This document shows, in pieces, positions 36,601 to 47,145 of a stretch of 64,000 nucleotides of DNA. Each line of letters begins with the position of its first letter. Position 1 is the stretch's first letter. The notes under the pieces are model-generated. The model was not told the origin of the DNA, searched no databases, and worked only from the letters and a program-made list of their open reading frames with translations. A program made the position numbers and the translations under genes. Source of the DNA: Raillietiella orientalis (lineage: Eukaryota); assembly GCA_036172245.1 (NCBI GenBank), contig JAYWIR010000001.1:8432001-8496000 (forward strand), in the 5' to 3' direction.

Positions 36601-36979
36601 CTCGTTGCGGGAGTTCGCCACGCGAAGAGACTCCTCGGGGCGCACGGACTGGTCGCTCCGGCTGACCCTGCGCCTGAAGAAGCGCCACTTCCGGGGAGGC
36701 GTGCTGACCGTCAAGTGCACGGCAACCGTGGGGTCTGCCTACTGGGAGAGCGCTCAGCAGAGGGCCTACCTGAAGGAGTTCTACCTGAGGTCGCTGACGG
36801 CGAGGGCCGCGGCGGGAGAGGCAGCGGGTGAGGAGGAAGTCAAAAGAGGGTCGCCCGGGAGAACCTCCTTTCTTGTCCCTGCAGGTCCGTGCAGGCGCCC
36901 GCACGCAGGAGGTGGACTCCTGGTAGGCCGGCTGCTGCTACCGTTACTGCCGCTGCTGGTTGCCACCTCCCCTCAATAA
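3627..36979 (+). CDS. beat: Beat (beaten path)-family Ig-superfamily cell-surface protein, full spliced CDS span
   Basis: Hand-assembled exons 3627-3693, 12218-12423, 25023-25158, 34856-34989 and 36587-36979 have GT-AG boundaries and compatible phases (1,0,1,0). The product has a signal peptide, Ig1 with CDYDLEADTLYSVKWYKEDQEFYRYVP and SGKYRCEVSAEAPSF (Beat-type V-set motifs), Ig2 with ANCTSRGSYP..WYIN and VKCTATVG, and a hydrophobic C-terminal tail. The specific paralog cannot be identified. Confidence 0.88.
4425..5075 (-). mobile_element. tRNA-derived SINE-like family A, copy
   Basis: B-box (gggattcgaacc on + at ~5010) at the right end. Shares body motifs with the other copies (gaagggacgcttcccaatttctctgaag; ggccagtcaacgggg). 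Ends are approximate. Confidence 0.7.
7500..12120 (-). mobile_element. Heavily decayed Ty3/Gypsy LTR-retrotransposon remnants in beat intron 1
   Basis: Motif traces appear in gag-pol order on the minus strand: gag-like TQQGTVRYTLATL...LEALPSDTQA (~11500-11850), RT-like FCELDAKN and GRFKCLRTP (~9870-10000), RNase H-like REVHRFVARTFHLQT (~9020-9065) and integrase-zinc-like EVLEKMRAGL*GIAK (~8440-8480). No intact ORF and no LTR pair found; may be more than one element. Confidence 0.5.
12218..12423 (+). CDS. Beat-like exon 2 (Ig1, N-terminal half)
   Basis: Acceptor ttcctgttccag and donor gtacgt. Encodes SLALRLLYHHIPQQIISGRSTKFICDYDLEADTLYSVKWYKEDQEFYRYVPKEMPTPQIFRMTGIDID. Confidence 0.92.
12945..13535 (-). 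mobile_element. SINE-like family A, copy
   Basis: Contains gaagggacgcttcccaatttctctgaag, cccggccactcaacggggcatccgg and gatccttccccgggtgagattcgaaccc. Confidence 0.7.
14585..14890 (-). mobile_element. Repeat family B (probable L1/Tx1 3' fragment)
   Basis: Reverse complement of 17230-17520 (shared ccatcctggaagtcgc..gtgccgcattctagaacgaagcgcctggtg). Translation FLPKEKAVWRTT...RRFVLECG resembles a zf-RVT region. Confidence 0.6.
15620..15800 (+). mobile_element. Repeat family B, partial copy
   Basis: Contains cgcctccgtccgcatctcccttggcgactgagagctccgct and cggacgggtcgctgcctc, matching the 14700-14880 and 17260-17405 copies. Confidence 0.55.
17230..17520 (+). mobile_element. Repeat family B copy (probable L1/Tx1 3' fragment)
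   Basis: Inverted relative to 14585-14890; the similarity is visible directly and in the ORF track (PHSRTKRLV.GEP). Confidence 0.6.
18938..19140. repeat. Degenerate alternating purine-pyrimidine tract (TG/TA/CA/CG mix)
   Basis: Directly visible, e.g. acatgtacatacacgcatgagtatgtgtgcatgtacgtgtgtg. Confidence 0.85.
20290..20585 (-). mobile_element. SINE-like family A, partial copy (5' part)
   Basis: Contains gatccttccccgggtgggattcgaacccgcgacgcttggtgccacg and ggccggtcaacaggggcatcc. Confidence 0.65.
23739..24470 (-). mobile_element. SINE-like family A copy; left arm of the near-perfect inverted repeat
   Basis: Reverse complement of ~28687-29378. The six-frame track gives identical 145-, 93-, 80- and 75-aa translations on opposite strands. 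Confidence 0.85.
25023..25158 (+). CDS. Beat-like exon 3 (Ig1, C-terminal half)
   Basis: Acceptor ctttcatttcag and donor gtgagt. Encodes VQSSTDKEIVLNSSNLFTSGKYRCEVSAEAPSFNTVSYVADVEVV; 136 nt, phase 0 to 1. Confidence 0.92.
26300..26535 (+). mobile_element. SINE-like family A, diverged 3' fragment
   Basis: Contains tttcccggtttccttcggagaagaaa and ttcctggattc...ggtaccc, resembling the tail of the copy at 29100-29285. Confidence 0.45.
28645..29378 (+). mobile_element. SINE-like family A copy; right arm of the inverted repeat
   Basis: tRNA-like head with gggttcgaatccc at ~28707; the body is the inverted twin of 23739-24429. Confidence 0.85.
30495..31060 (-). mobile_element. SINE-like family A, diverged copy
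   Basis: Contains ggaatttcttctccggagggaaccc, gaagggacgcttc, ttgattcctggaagg, aaccagcgccatcttg and attcgaacccgcga. Confidence 0.6.
31300..31900 (+). pseudogene. Frameshifted coiled-coil-like coding remnant in beat intron 3
   Basis: E/K/R/L-rich helical text switches between frames (ELRLNFSREAAACRE...GELDRITNDLDRRRKGAEKLRS / RQTDAAKGSVFDKQLR..KELSGQEGKLRRSEGEWQ / NLQQAQNERNAKTLRELS). No family recognised. Confidence 0.35.
32510..32995 (-). mobile_element. SINE-like family A, copy
   Basis: Contains cccaatttctctgaagggagcagcacgcttct, ccaggccactc and gggattcgaacccgagacgcttggtgccacg. Confidence 0.7.
34856..34989 (+). CDS. Beat-like exon 4 (Ig2, N-terminal half)
   Basis: Acceptor tttgtgtgttcgcag and donor gtgaga. 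Encodes LPESPPEITGMKEFYEAGELLQANCTSRGSYPNVSIFWYINDSE. Confidence 0.9.
35380..35668. repeat. Pyrimidine-rich TCC/TCT/ATC trinucleotide low-complexity tract
   Basis: Directly visible; it explains the acidic ORF 35418-35765 on the minus strand. Confidence 0.9.
36587..36979 (+). CDS. Beat-like terminal coding exon(s) (Ig2 C-terminal half plus hydrophobic tail)
   Basis: Acceptor tccatttctttgcag. Encodes IADAHSLREF...LRLTLRLKKRHFRGGVLTVKCTATVGSAYWESA...LLVGRLLLPLLPLLVATSPQ*. May contain an in-frame 57-nt intron (36828-36884). Confidence 0.85.
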   Translation: MADAHSLREFATRRDSSGRTDWSLRLTLRLKKRHFRGGVLTVKCTATVGSAYWESAQQRAYLKEFYLRSLTARAAAGEAAGEEEVKRGSPGRTSFLVPAGPCRRPHAGGGLLVGRLLLPLLPLLVATSPQ

Positions 36980-38342
36980 AAGGAAGGACCCCTCCTCTGG
37001 GACTTCGGGAGGAGGGGGAGGAAAGGCAGAGGCGTCCCTTTCTCCCGGGGAAGAATCACCTCCCATCTGGATGGGGAAGAGACGCCGGCTGAGGCAGGGA
37101 GGGGCAGGGAAGGAGGAAGGGCGGCGGCTACCCCAGAGCGCTCTGTCCTTGGATATCCTTCCAGCTTCCCCTTCACTTCCCACCTTCGTCCTCTCCTCCT
37201 CGGGGAAGGATTCCTTCCTCCCTCCCATCCCTCACACCCTTTCCCACAAGACTTGGGAAACAAGGTTCCGCGGAAGAGTAGCATTTCTTGGACTGCCTAG
37301 TTCCCCCCCCCCCCCCCCCCCAACCGGGGCGCCGCTGCGGCTGGAGGAGAGGGGAGATGAAGAGGCAATGGGGGAGAAGGGAGGGAGGAGGAACTCATCC
37401 TGAGAACAAAAACCGAGGAAAAGCTTGCACTGGGGAGGAATGGGTGCAGTCCCCGTCTGTCGCAGGACCATCTGGCCGTGAATCACCCTCGCCGGCAAGC
37501 ATCGCTCTGAGGGGAGGAAGAATGGATGGTTTTGTGACCTCCCTCAGGGAGGTTCCATCCGAGATCCCAACTGCAACCCTGGACCCCTTCCCCATTTTCA
37601 CCCGGCCATCCTTGCCCGTCAGTCCACAAGGCGCACTTCGCGTAGATCGCCTTTGCCTTCCCCAGCGTGAGAGGAGGCGGAGATCTGCCGGAGGGAGATG
37701 AGATTTTCTTTCCGGCCACGAGGAGCACTCGAGGACCCAACGCTAATCTTCGCTCCTGATTGCAACCTGTCAAACAGGCGCGCGACACCGGTGCGGGAGC
37801 TGCACCGCGGCGGCTCGCTCAACACGCATCCCGAAGGTTGCGGCACTCCTCGGGGGGCGCGCTGCGACAAGCGGAGGGAAACAGCAGCAAGCAGAAGTTG
37901 GGATTCCCCTCACGAGTGCCATTTCGCACGCCCCTCTCTGGGCGCCGTTCTTCCCTTCCTACTCTTCCTCCTCCTCCCTTCTTCCCCTTTCGCTTGAGAA
38001 TCAGGAGAAAAAGAAGTGTCAGGAGAAGAAGAAAGCCAAAGCAGGAAGCATCACGCGATGCGCCTGTCAAAGAACCGTCCGAGTCATCACGAAGAGGAAC
38101 ACTCGGCCCCCATCCTGTGTAGAGCTTGGAAACGCACGCGACACAACCAATGGACGCTTCAGCAAGCGAAGAAACGGAATGGAAATCGTGGAAGAAACGT
38201 TTTGAAGTCTGCACGGACGTCTGATTTTCAAAATGCCGCAGTTAGCAGAAGGAATGTCGCTGCATGGAACAAAAATGGAAAATCAACCCCCATAGAATAA
38301 AACTCCTGCAAACTCCTGATTTCACTGTGCGAGTTCTACGCT

Positions 38343-38586
38343 CCCGGTTCCATTGTTGCGGCCGCGGGGCGTCCCCCGGTTCCATTGTTGCGGCCGCGGG
38401 GCGTCCCCCGGTTCCATTGTTGCGGCCGCGGGGCGCTCCCCGGTTCCATCGTTGCGACCGCGGGGCGCCCCCCGATTCCATTGTTGCAACAGCGGGGCGC
38501 TCCCTGGTTCCATTGTTGCGGCCGCGGGGCGTCCCCCGGTTCCATTGTTGCGGCCGCGGGGCGCTCCCCGGTTCCATTGTTGCGGC
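38343..38586. repeat. 32-bp minisatellite, about 7.5 copies
   Basis: Unit cccggttccattgttgcggccgcggggcg(t/c)(c/t)c repeated head-to-tail with a few substitutions. Confidence 0.95.
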
Positions 38587-38863
38587 TGCATAAGTCTTGC
38601 CTCGATTTCATCGCCGACTTTCATTGGTCTGATGTCAGAATCGGTCGCCAGAGTCCAGGATTTCCGTCTCCTTGCTCAGAGGGACTCTGTGATTTCTATG
38701 CATCTTTGGATACTTTTCATGGCTCTCGAGTGAAATTTTCGCTTGACTTCGAGGGCTGGAGGAAATCCGCCTTTTCGGAGGAGACCCTGGTAAACAAAAG
38801 TCTCTTCGAATTGGAAACCCAACGCCGACGTGCAAGGAGCGCGCGGAGGAACAGCACGTGTTA

Positions 38864-38915
38864 ACGTGCGCGCGCGCGCGCGCGCGCGCGCGTGTGTGTG
38901 TGTGCGCGTGTGTGT
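38864..38915. repeat. (CG)n(TG)n alternating purine-pyrimidine microsatellite
   Basis: About 12 CG units followed by TG units. Confidence 0.95.
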
Positions 38916-41900
38916 TTTTCTTTCTTTTTTTCTTTTTAATACGATCGATGCCAGCGCCTCCTTGTGGACCGAAAGTTTTGTTACCTAAAAGCGACCGGAA
39001 AATCCGTCATTTTACATTCAGTACAGGGATAATCCAAATCAGGTCCTCCGAGACCCTAAACAAATAAAACCCAATTAAGTCAAACTAAAGCGCCCGGAAT
39101 GAACAAAAAAAACCCACGTAAAACACAAACTCTGCGCTCGGCTCGAAAAGCAAAAGGGAGAAGAAAGAAAATCCGTTCTCTGCGAGCAAGACAGAAGTTG
39201 TTTGAAGAATTTGAATTCTTCTTTCTTTCCCTCTTCGCTTGTTTGTCTCATGGTTTTTGAATGGCGGACATTGTCTCTCGAAACGCACAACGGTGCTTGA
39301 CAAAACGTTGCAGAAGAAACTAATGCTTACCGAGGTGCGTTTTCTTTCGGCAAATGATTGAGCATGCAAGCATCTCAGCATACCTTAGAGGACGGAGAAA
39401 CCAGCGATCTTGAAATTGAGGTTTAAACATTGCAATCACGTCCCTTGCAGAAGTGAAGATGATTTATGACTAACTGCATGCGAATGATTGCCGCTGTTTG
39501 AATTTCAGTTGAAACAATATTTGCATTAACAGACACGAAAGCAATCCTATTCTAAACAAACAAGTTGTGCCAGAAATCCGGAATCCAATAAGGAGTTCAA
39601 TGAACTCCTTTATAAAAACGCGGCATTCTAAAGTGCACTTAATTATCTTTTACGTTTCTGGGAAACAGGAAAGCGCGGAAGGCCGCTGCCGCGAAAGGGC
39701 AATAAGTTCCAGGCTACTCGTTGGAAACGGTGAAATAGTCCTTCTCGTGCACGGTTCAGTAGGTAGGTGGTCATCGCCCGGACGCATTACAAGCCGTTTC
39801 TTGGAAAGTGCTCGAAACTTTGCCTGCGTTTGTTTTCCCGACTTCCGTTTCTCAAATTTCCGGGTTAAAAAGAAAAAGTGGTAGTGCTTTCTCTTTCGTG
39901 GGCGCACCATACAGGAGGATCCCCTAATCAAATGATTGGTAAATCCTTCATTCCAGGGAATGCCCCACTTTTCAGACGTCTCATTAGTAATTGAGCGTGT
40001 TTCGTAGGCTGGACTGCTAAATGCGGCGTGGCGATTACTGACACCAGATTTCTCACGCCATCCACTGCTCCCAGTTCAAAGTGCTCTTTGGTCTTCGATT
40101 TGTCTCTTCGTTTTGATGCACGGATGGGTCCGTTCTCTGTTCTTTGGAGGGAATGCCGACGAGCGAGCTGATGCTCGCAAGCACCGGTTGCCCATTAGCA
40201 TCAGTTCAGTTTCAGGGACACTATAGAGACGGTTTCATCCAGGCGTAGATCGCCATCACTGTTTTGCGATGGCGCATTCGAGGCGTGTACAAGGTGCCTG
40301 GAGGTGAACCACCGTTATAGATGCTTACTGGCGCTCAAAGAGGTGCTTTCGGAACATGTCTTCTCACCGCAGAGCTCGCACGGTCGCTTCTCATGGCACC
40401 GTTGAGCTCCAGAAGACACAGAATACAGTTTGAGAACTCTCTCAGGAAACTGCTCCAGAGACAGAAAGGAAGAAGGGAAACGGTGACGTCATCACCTCAC
40501 GCCATCTCCTCGATTCTTTATGAAATCCCCATTGTTATTTTTCAGTGCGTTTTCATCGTTTGCTCGGAAGCAAGGTGATGGCTCCGAAGACATTCCGGTG
40601 CTCCTCCTTGAAAGATATCTTCTGACCTTATCGACGAACTGCGGTGTTCGGTTTGGAGTGAATTCATCTGGACCGAAAAGCAGTGAGTGCATCGACGACT
40701 GACGACTACCTGCAAATCGAAGGAAGAAGCTTCGCTCCCAGATGGAGACCAGCTCCCCCGTATTCACTTCCCGAAACCTAGGAAAAACGGGAAGGATGAA
40801 ACTTCCCGAATCTGGAATTTGGAGATCCAGAAACTCGAAACAAAACAATTTTCCTACCAACGAGTTCAAGGTTGATGGCCTTGGCAGGGGACCAGCATTC
40901 GAAAGAACCATCGGAACAAGAAAGCAGTAGTGGGAAGCAGCAGAAAGCTGCGACCATTTCTTTCTTTCATGTCAGCCACCCCATGACTTTCTATTTTTTT
41001 TTTTTCGCATTGCGTTGATCGCGGGGTTGACTGCCGCGTTGTACCTACCAGCGAGAGAGCCTCTCACGCAGTGGTTAAGGATGCTGCGTCTTTTGGACTG
41101 AGAATCTTGAAGACGTCCAATGCTGCCCTTGGCTTCCGGCCACACATCTCGTGATCAGCAAGCTCCTTGGGACTTTCGTGCAAGAACCAGAAATCCGAAA
41201 ACCGTAGGTGAAAATCCAAGGGCAAGTGGCACGATGCAGTCCCACGCAGAGCAAGCACCTCCCCTGGTCTAGATATTTTCGAATAAGGGAGCCTCATGTC
41301 TCTCTGGGAGAGCTGTGGCTCACTCTGGATGAAATCTTCCTTCTCGCATTTCCATCCCATGCCACTGCTGGCACCCTACATCTCTCCATGTGCTCTTGGC
41401 GCCACCTCTCAGATGCATAAACCTGCCCGACTCTTTGCGGGTATGGATTCCCCGTGTCTCCCTACTATGGCGGTTCCAGGATTTTCACTGCAACCACCCT
41501 CTTGAAGCGTAGATCAAGGAAGACCCGGATGAGAAGGATATCATTGCTTGCTTGAAGCAACTTCTGTGGCGAAGGTGTCGGTGTCCTCTCCCTGCTTGTG
41601 TCCGCCTCTCCAGAGCAAGGAGTCCTTTGGAGAGTTCTTCGTATGAGTACTGATTTGCTGCCCAACTTGGAAGATGAAGATGTTTTTTTTTTTTTACTCT
41701 TGTTTCTGTTTTGTCTACGACTATCCAATCTCTCTTAGAAAGGACATCAAGCCACTAAAGAGCACTGGTCCTAAGAAATAAAAATGTTTTCAGATCATCC
41801 ATCTTCTGCCAGGATGAGAGCCCACGGTCCCATCCAACTTGACAACAACTGAGCCTAACCCCTTATCCTTCTACCACTGGCACACTCTAGCCCCTATTTT

Positions 41901-43849
41901 CATGGCCAGCCCTACAAGTATCATAGAGCAGATCGTGGCCTCAGCACCTTGCAGAAGACAGGTGTCCTGCTACCCGAGATGTAACCAAAACAAATTTTGA
42001 GCTCAGTAAGTTTTTCCTCTGACCTCGGTCAGGTCTTTGTGACCGAGGAATCGAGGTTTTCAATTCTCTTCTCCGAGATCGTGAACTCCTTGCGAAGACT
42101 GTCCTACCACGAGCCACAGTGGGTCTGTGTCTCGCTTGCGAGGTGGGACTTGCCTTCCTCCGCGGTACGAGGATGCCTCATTGGCTGGGAGTCGCGCTGC
42201 TTGAACTCATCTCAAAGCTTCAGGCAGAAAGCAAGGATCTTCAAGAGAACTCACGGCTCGTTCCTACGGAGAGAGCGGTGCCCGTGAAGTTTGGACGGAG
42301 CAGCAGAGACGATTCCCGCGCGCCCGACCGCCGACTGCCCCGGAGTACCATCGGGTGAAAAAGGATCATTGGAGCGAACTGATGCCAACTCTTTCGAGGA
42401 TCGTCCTTGGACCGAACGAATCCGTCAGACGTCTCAATGCTCTTGGTCCGATGCACTTTGGGTTGGTTGCTCCTCCAGACAGATCCGAGGTGAAAATGCT
42501 CCGTTGCAAGAATGTGCGGCGGCTACGGGCACTCCTGGAAATGAAGAACGCTGAACTGCGACCAAAAGACCTAACCGGAAGTAAAACAGTGAGAAACAGC
42601 CCGCCTCTTTAAGTGCAGAGCGATTGGCGCTCACCTGAAGGGGCATCTTCCGTTCCTGAGGACGGCTGCAGTGAGGAATGAAGTCCAATGACGAACGAGT
42701 GAAGAATCATCTACAAGGAAGTGCAACCGTCTGCCACGCAAAACGACTCTGCAGAGCATGTAGAAGCTGCTTCCATGCAACCTGGAGTCACCGAGGTTAA
42801 TCCCGGCACCAATAGTCGGTTCACATTTGGTTGCCAAACACAGAAAGTCAGTGGGGAACTTCACATCCCACTGAGTCTAATGATCCATAGAGGGCGCCGA
42901 CGAGGTCCATCCACAACGAGCACAGAGAAGAAGGGGGTGAAGGGAAAAAGAAAAAGGACTGTTTTTAGTTCCTAAAAGGTGGGAGGGGAAGGAATGGGAT
43001 CGCAGTCCGTGTCTCTGGTCCTTCTGCATCCTTCTCAGGATCCCAGGATCCTTGTGGCGGTTTCCCAGATAGGTCCATCTCGATGCTATCTCAGGGAACC
43101 CAAGAGCGAAGAGGATGTCTCTCCTGGCGTTCCGGCCTCTCCCGGCCCAACAGCCTGCTGCTACAACACCATGCACACAGCAAGTCGCTGCTATCGCGGC
43201 TGCGGGCGGCGTGGCATCCTGCTCAAAGAGGATGTTTCCGTAGGGTCATCCGCCGGAAAAATGAAAGCCTACGAATTCTCGGAAGGCTCTACGCTAGCAG
43301 GTGGGGGGCAGTTCGGCGCTACACTCGTTCAGTGGTGGCGGCGCGCATTGCACGGGACACGAATAAGTGGTCAGACTTATCGGAGCTCTAAATTCGCCTC
43401 CCGCTGACTTCCTGCCCAAACCCGTGGGGCCATTCCGATGACTTTCCCATGGGCGATGGATTCCTCGGCGTTTGTTTACTTCTATTCAAATTTTGTTCCC
43501 ATAGCAACGTGGATAAAGAGTGCATATCCTTTCGAAAACACCTCTCGTCTCTTTTCTTCGACTCCTGAGACTCTCTGAGGCTCCCCCTCCCCTCCCCTTC
43601 CTTCGCAGGCGGTGACATATCCCATTTTTCCGGTAGACACACCTCTGGACTGCGTTGGCTGCCGTATGGCTGCGGTGTCCGCGCGTGAATGATTATCATC
43701 CGGTTATGCCGGGACATTTATTACTTAGAGTAATAAAAATACATGTTGTGGTAGAACCAACGGTTCTACCGCGCTCAATGAGCCTACCGAGGACCGGTAC
43801 GCAGACCGGCGAGGTCTGGGTCGGCAGCATGGGGGAAAGGAAAACAAAA

Positions 43850-46400
43850 ACAAAAAAATAAACAACAAAACGGGGAGGGGAATTTATGCACGAGGAGGGA
43901 GGGAATCGAGGAAGGGATCGCGGTACTCTGCCAGGTGTCCTCGGCATCCCGTTCAGGATGCTGGCAAGTTCGGATAGTGCCCGGGTGGGGCATCTCAGGG
44001 CGGTCCTCAGGAAGATTCGCGCTCAGTGGATGAAGTCCCTTCCACTCCGACCCCTTCTTCCCGCGTTCCAGACTACCACGATTCCGGGAACGCAGCAAAT
44101 AACTGGGAGGGACACTGCTGGCGGCAGAGCGGCACGCGCGAAGAGGCGTTTCCAAATGTCCCTGTGGCCGCCAGCTGGGCTTCCTAGAATTGTCGCGAGG
44201 AGATCCCGAACGGGTCGGACGGTAACACAGTCCAACAGCAGGTGCAAGAAGGCCTCCTTCTTCCCACAACTGTCGCACTTAGCATCCACGCTCCCTCGTG
44301 TCCAATGGTGAAGGCGCGCTTTGCATAGGATTCCCCCATGCACGAACAGCAACGCGACCTCCTGCCACTTGAGGGGGAGGATTGCACTATTCCAGCATGC
44401 TGGGGGCCACTTCACCTCCTCCGGAGGGATGCCGAGCAGCTCTCCCCAGCGTGCAAGTCCGTGGGTTGGGACAATCGGGATCTCAGCGTCCGTCACTTCC
44501 CGAGTTGTCCACCCGTTCAACAGTTTTGTTTTTGCTGCTACGCAACAAGTCACTTCCCACCTTGCCGGGATGATGGAAATTTTGGGGTTCTTTTCTGTTT
44601 TGCTGCTTCCCTTCCAGCTTTCCCCCTCCCCCTCCCGGGGTTTTATCTTCTTTGTGGTTCTCTAGGAGTGCTGAAGAATGGTTCGCCTCCCTGGAAGAGG
44701 AGGGGGGGTCACGAAGCTCTTTGACGCTGTCCACGCCACCAGAGAGTGAGCATAACCCTTAAAGTTAGGATGCTTCCGGAGGGACCACCCAATGAATCCA
44801 AGGAGGTTCCAGAGGAGGGAGTCCTTTCCTCCCACGCTTGGCAGCGAAACCAGAAGGGAACTGCCTCTCCCTTATTCTCTCCAGGGGTGTCCCCTGGAGG
44901 GAAGCACTCTTCGTTTCTTCTCTGCGGGAAGTTATCAAGGGAACCGCTCCTTGTTACTCCTCCTGAAGAGAACCCCAAGGGACGCTTACCAGTTTCTCTG
45001 AAGGGTGCTTCCCGAGGGGAGCAGCGCTCTTCTTACATTCTGGAGAGGTATCAACCAGCTCCATGGTATGCGATGGAGGGTGGTGGCCCCATTTCCGCAA
45101 TAGGAGAAGAATCCGAAGGGAACCGGCTGCTTGATTCCTGAGAGGACTCAGAGGGTTAGCTTCCAAATCCCGGCCACTCAACGGTGGCATCAGGCTTCTA
45201 CTAGTGCCGCTCCCGAAGCCTTCAGACCAACCAGCGTCATCCTGCGGGCGAAACTCGAACCCACGACTAGCCCCCCATTTGTCAGCATCGATCCTTCCCC
45301 GGGCGGGATTCGAACCCGCGACGTCTGGTGTTTCCGCGCACGGAAGCCACAGCCGCACAGCCGCCGACGCGGGCACTGCACATTCGAGGGCATCTGTTTC
45401 CTTGTTTTCCCGAATCTATCCAACAAAGGACAGCTATTGTACCAGGGACCCTACAGAAACCGCCTTTGCAGCAGAGGTCACTCCTTCAGAAATGGGGTGT
45501 CGAGCCAGTCCTCTGCCCCTCCTTTGGTCTTTCTCCATCCAGCGCCGTTGGTGCACGCTTGCACGGGCAAGAGAGATGAGTCCGTGGCGCCTGCTTTCCC
45601 TCCGTCCCGGAGCACCAGATCTGGTTTCCAATCCCGGCTCGTCTCCGAGGTGGTCTGGCTGGAAGCTGCCAACTCCTAGACCTCAAGGCCCGCCATTCCA
45701 GATTTGACCACCAGCCTTCACGTGGTTTCCGGATAGAGGAGAGGGAGAAAACAACGCGGTGTTCGGCACCCCAGATCAGTCCCATATGCAACCCAATCGA
45801 TCCGTTCCCTGAGACCTCCTCCACGTAGGCAAAGAAGGGCAGGGACTCCAGGAAGGAAGGAAGGAAAGAGATGTTGCCACTTGCTCGTTGCGATGCCACG
45901 AGTCCCTCCAAATAGGGGAGGAAGCCAGCGGTTCTCAGGGATGTGCGCATACGCGTCCCCCCACGGAAAGGCCCTCAGCTCATGATGATCTAAGTGCCCG
46001 AGCTGTTCGTCCACTGTGCAACCGAGAACCACCTTCGTTGAAGGTGCTCGCGCTCATCCTGCAAAAATCTCCCTCCTGCATCTTCATTGACAACTGAAAG
46101 ATCACAGATTTGCTCGTTGATCTGAAGCTCAAGATGGAGTGGACGGGAAACAACGAAAGTGGGACCCCTAGCCACGCAGCTTCTTTCCATGTTCCTCTTC
46201 TATTCTTTGAGAAACCTGACAGAACGCAAGCGACCCATCTCCCACGGTCTGTGAAGACTGACGCATCTTGGGCATTCAGCGCATTCGAGAATTTTCTAAC
46301 AAGTGCAGCCGGGTTGGCCAGCTTAAAACAAGGCCAACTATGGAACAAGGCGCTGGGCAATCAGCTGTGTAGCTCTCAAGTTCCACAGTGAGAGACCCTC
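43850..46400 (-). mobile_element. Decayed L1/Tx1-clade non-LTR retrotransposon (ORF2 3' part), interrupted by a SINE
   Basis: ORF 44023-44553 has the zf-RVT-type CCHC motif AKCDSCGKKEAFLHLLLDC. The segment at ~45720-45790 (LIWGAEHRVVFSLSSIRKPREG) resembles the L1 post-RT 'F.W....R.....L..PK.EGGLG' motif. Frameshifts are present and the ends are approximate. Confidence 0.65.
44695..45375 (-). mobile_element. SINE-like family A copy nested in an L1/Tx1-like LINE
   Basis: Full head and body (gatccttccccgggcgggattcgaacccgcgacg; cccggccactcaacgg), flanked on both sides by LINE ORF2-like sequence. Confidence 0.75.
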
Positions 46401-47145
46401 CCGTCGAATCAAGGCAGTCAGATTTATAGCTAAGTACATGAGCCACTTGGCTCCAGCTGCCAGAGAAGCTGATCATTCGTTCCTTAGATCCAAGCGATGA
46501 CGTCACGTAGCGACCAACCTTCGTGGCTCTTCTGTTATCTTTGGTTCTCTTCATGCAAAGAGCTAAGCGTCTCTGAATCACTACTTTGAAGTGACTGCGG
46601 TAAACTTTCAGAAGGTTCTGTCTCCACCGCTTAGGTAGAACACGTAACACTGTCATCAGTAAGTGTTCCAAAAAGGGATGCTAACAAGATCTTGCACCAG
46701 GAAATGTCTAATTTGTTGTCAGTAAATATTTCAAAGTACGATGCAACGCTTAGAAAAGTGGACAGACTGAGTGAACTCGAGTTGATATTTGACGGGTGGC
46801 ATCAAACGGGCGCTTGGTCCAAGCAGGCACGAAGCTCATGAGGTTGGGTTGGCTGGTTCCATGAGCTTGACTGTAGCCCATTTAGAAGATGTGGAAACCA
46901 ATGGAAAAACGAGCACTGTGTAGAAGAATGAAGCTTAACCAGATGGCTAAACGAAGCTTCAATAATAATGGAACTCTGTTCTTTTTTTTCTGAGGGGGGG
47001 GGGTCTGTAAACTGAAATCACTGATTTATAAACCTCAGGAAACGGAAAGGAAGAGGGAAGGTGAAGTGGAGAAGAGTTTTAGTATGGGTTGGTTATGGTG
47101 GGGTTACGAGATGGTTTGTTTGGTAGGTGATTTATAGAAAATTTT

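Noticed and set aside
38343-38586. 32-bp repeats as a CRISPR array
   Set aside because: Units are head-to-tail with no unique spacers, there are no cas genes, and the context is eukaryotic.
39950-43400. Further decayed LTR-retrotransposon pol traces (e.g. FIWTEKQ, KDHWSELMP)
   Set aside because: Motif traces are too weak to define family or boundaries without a search.
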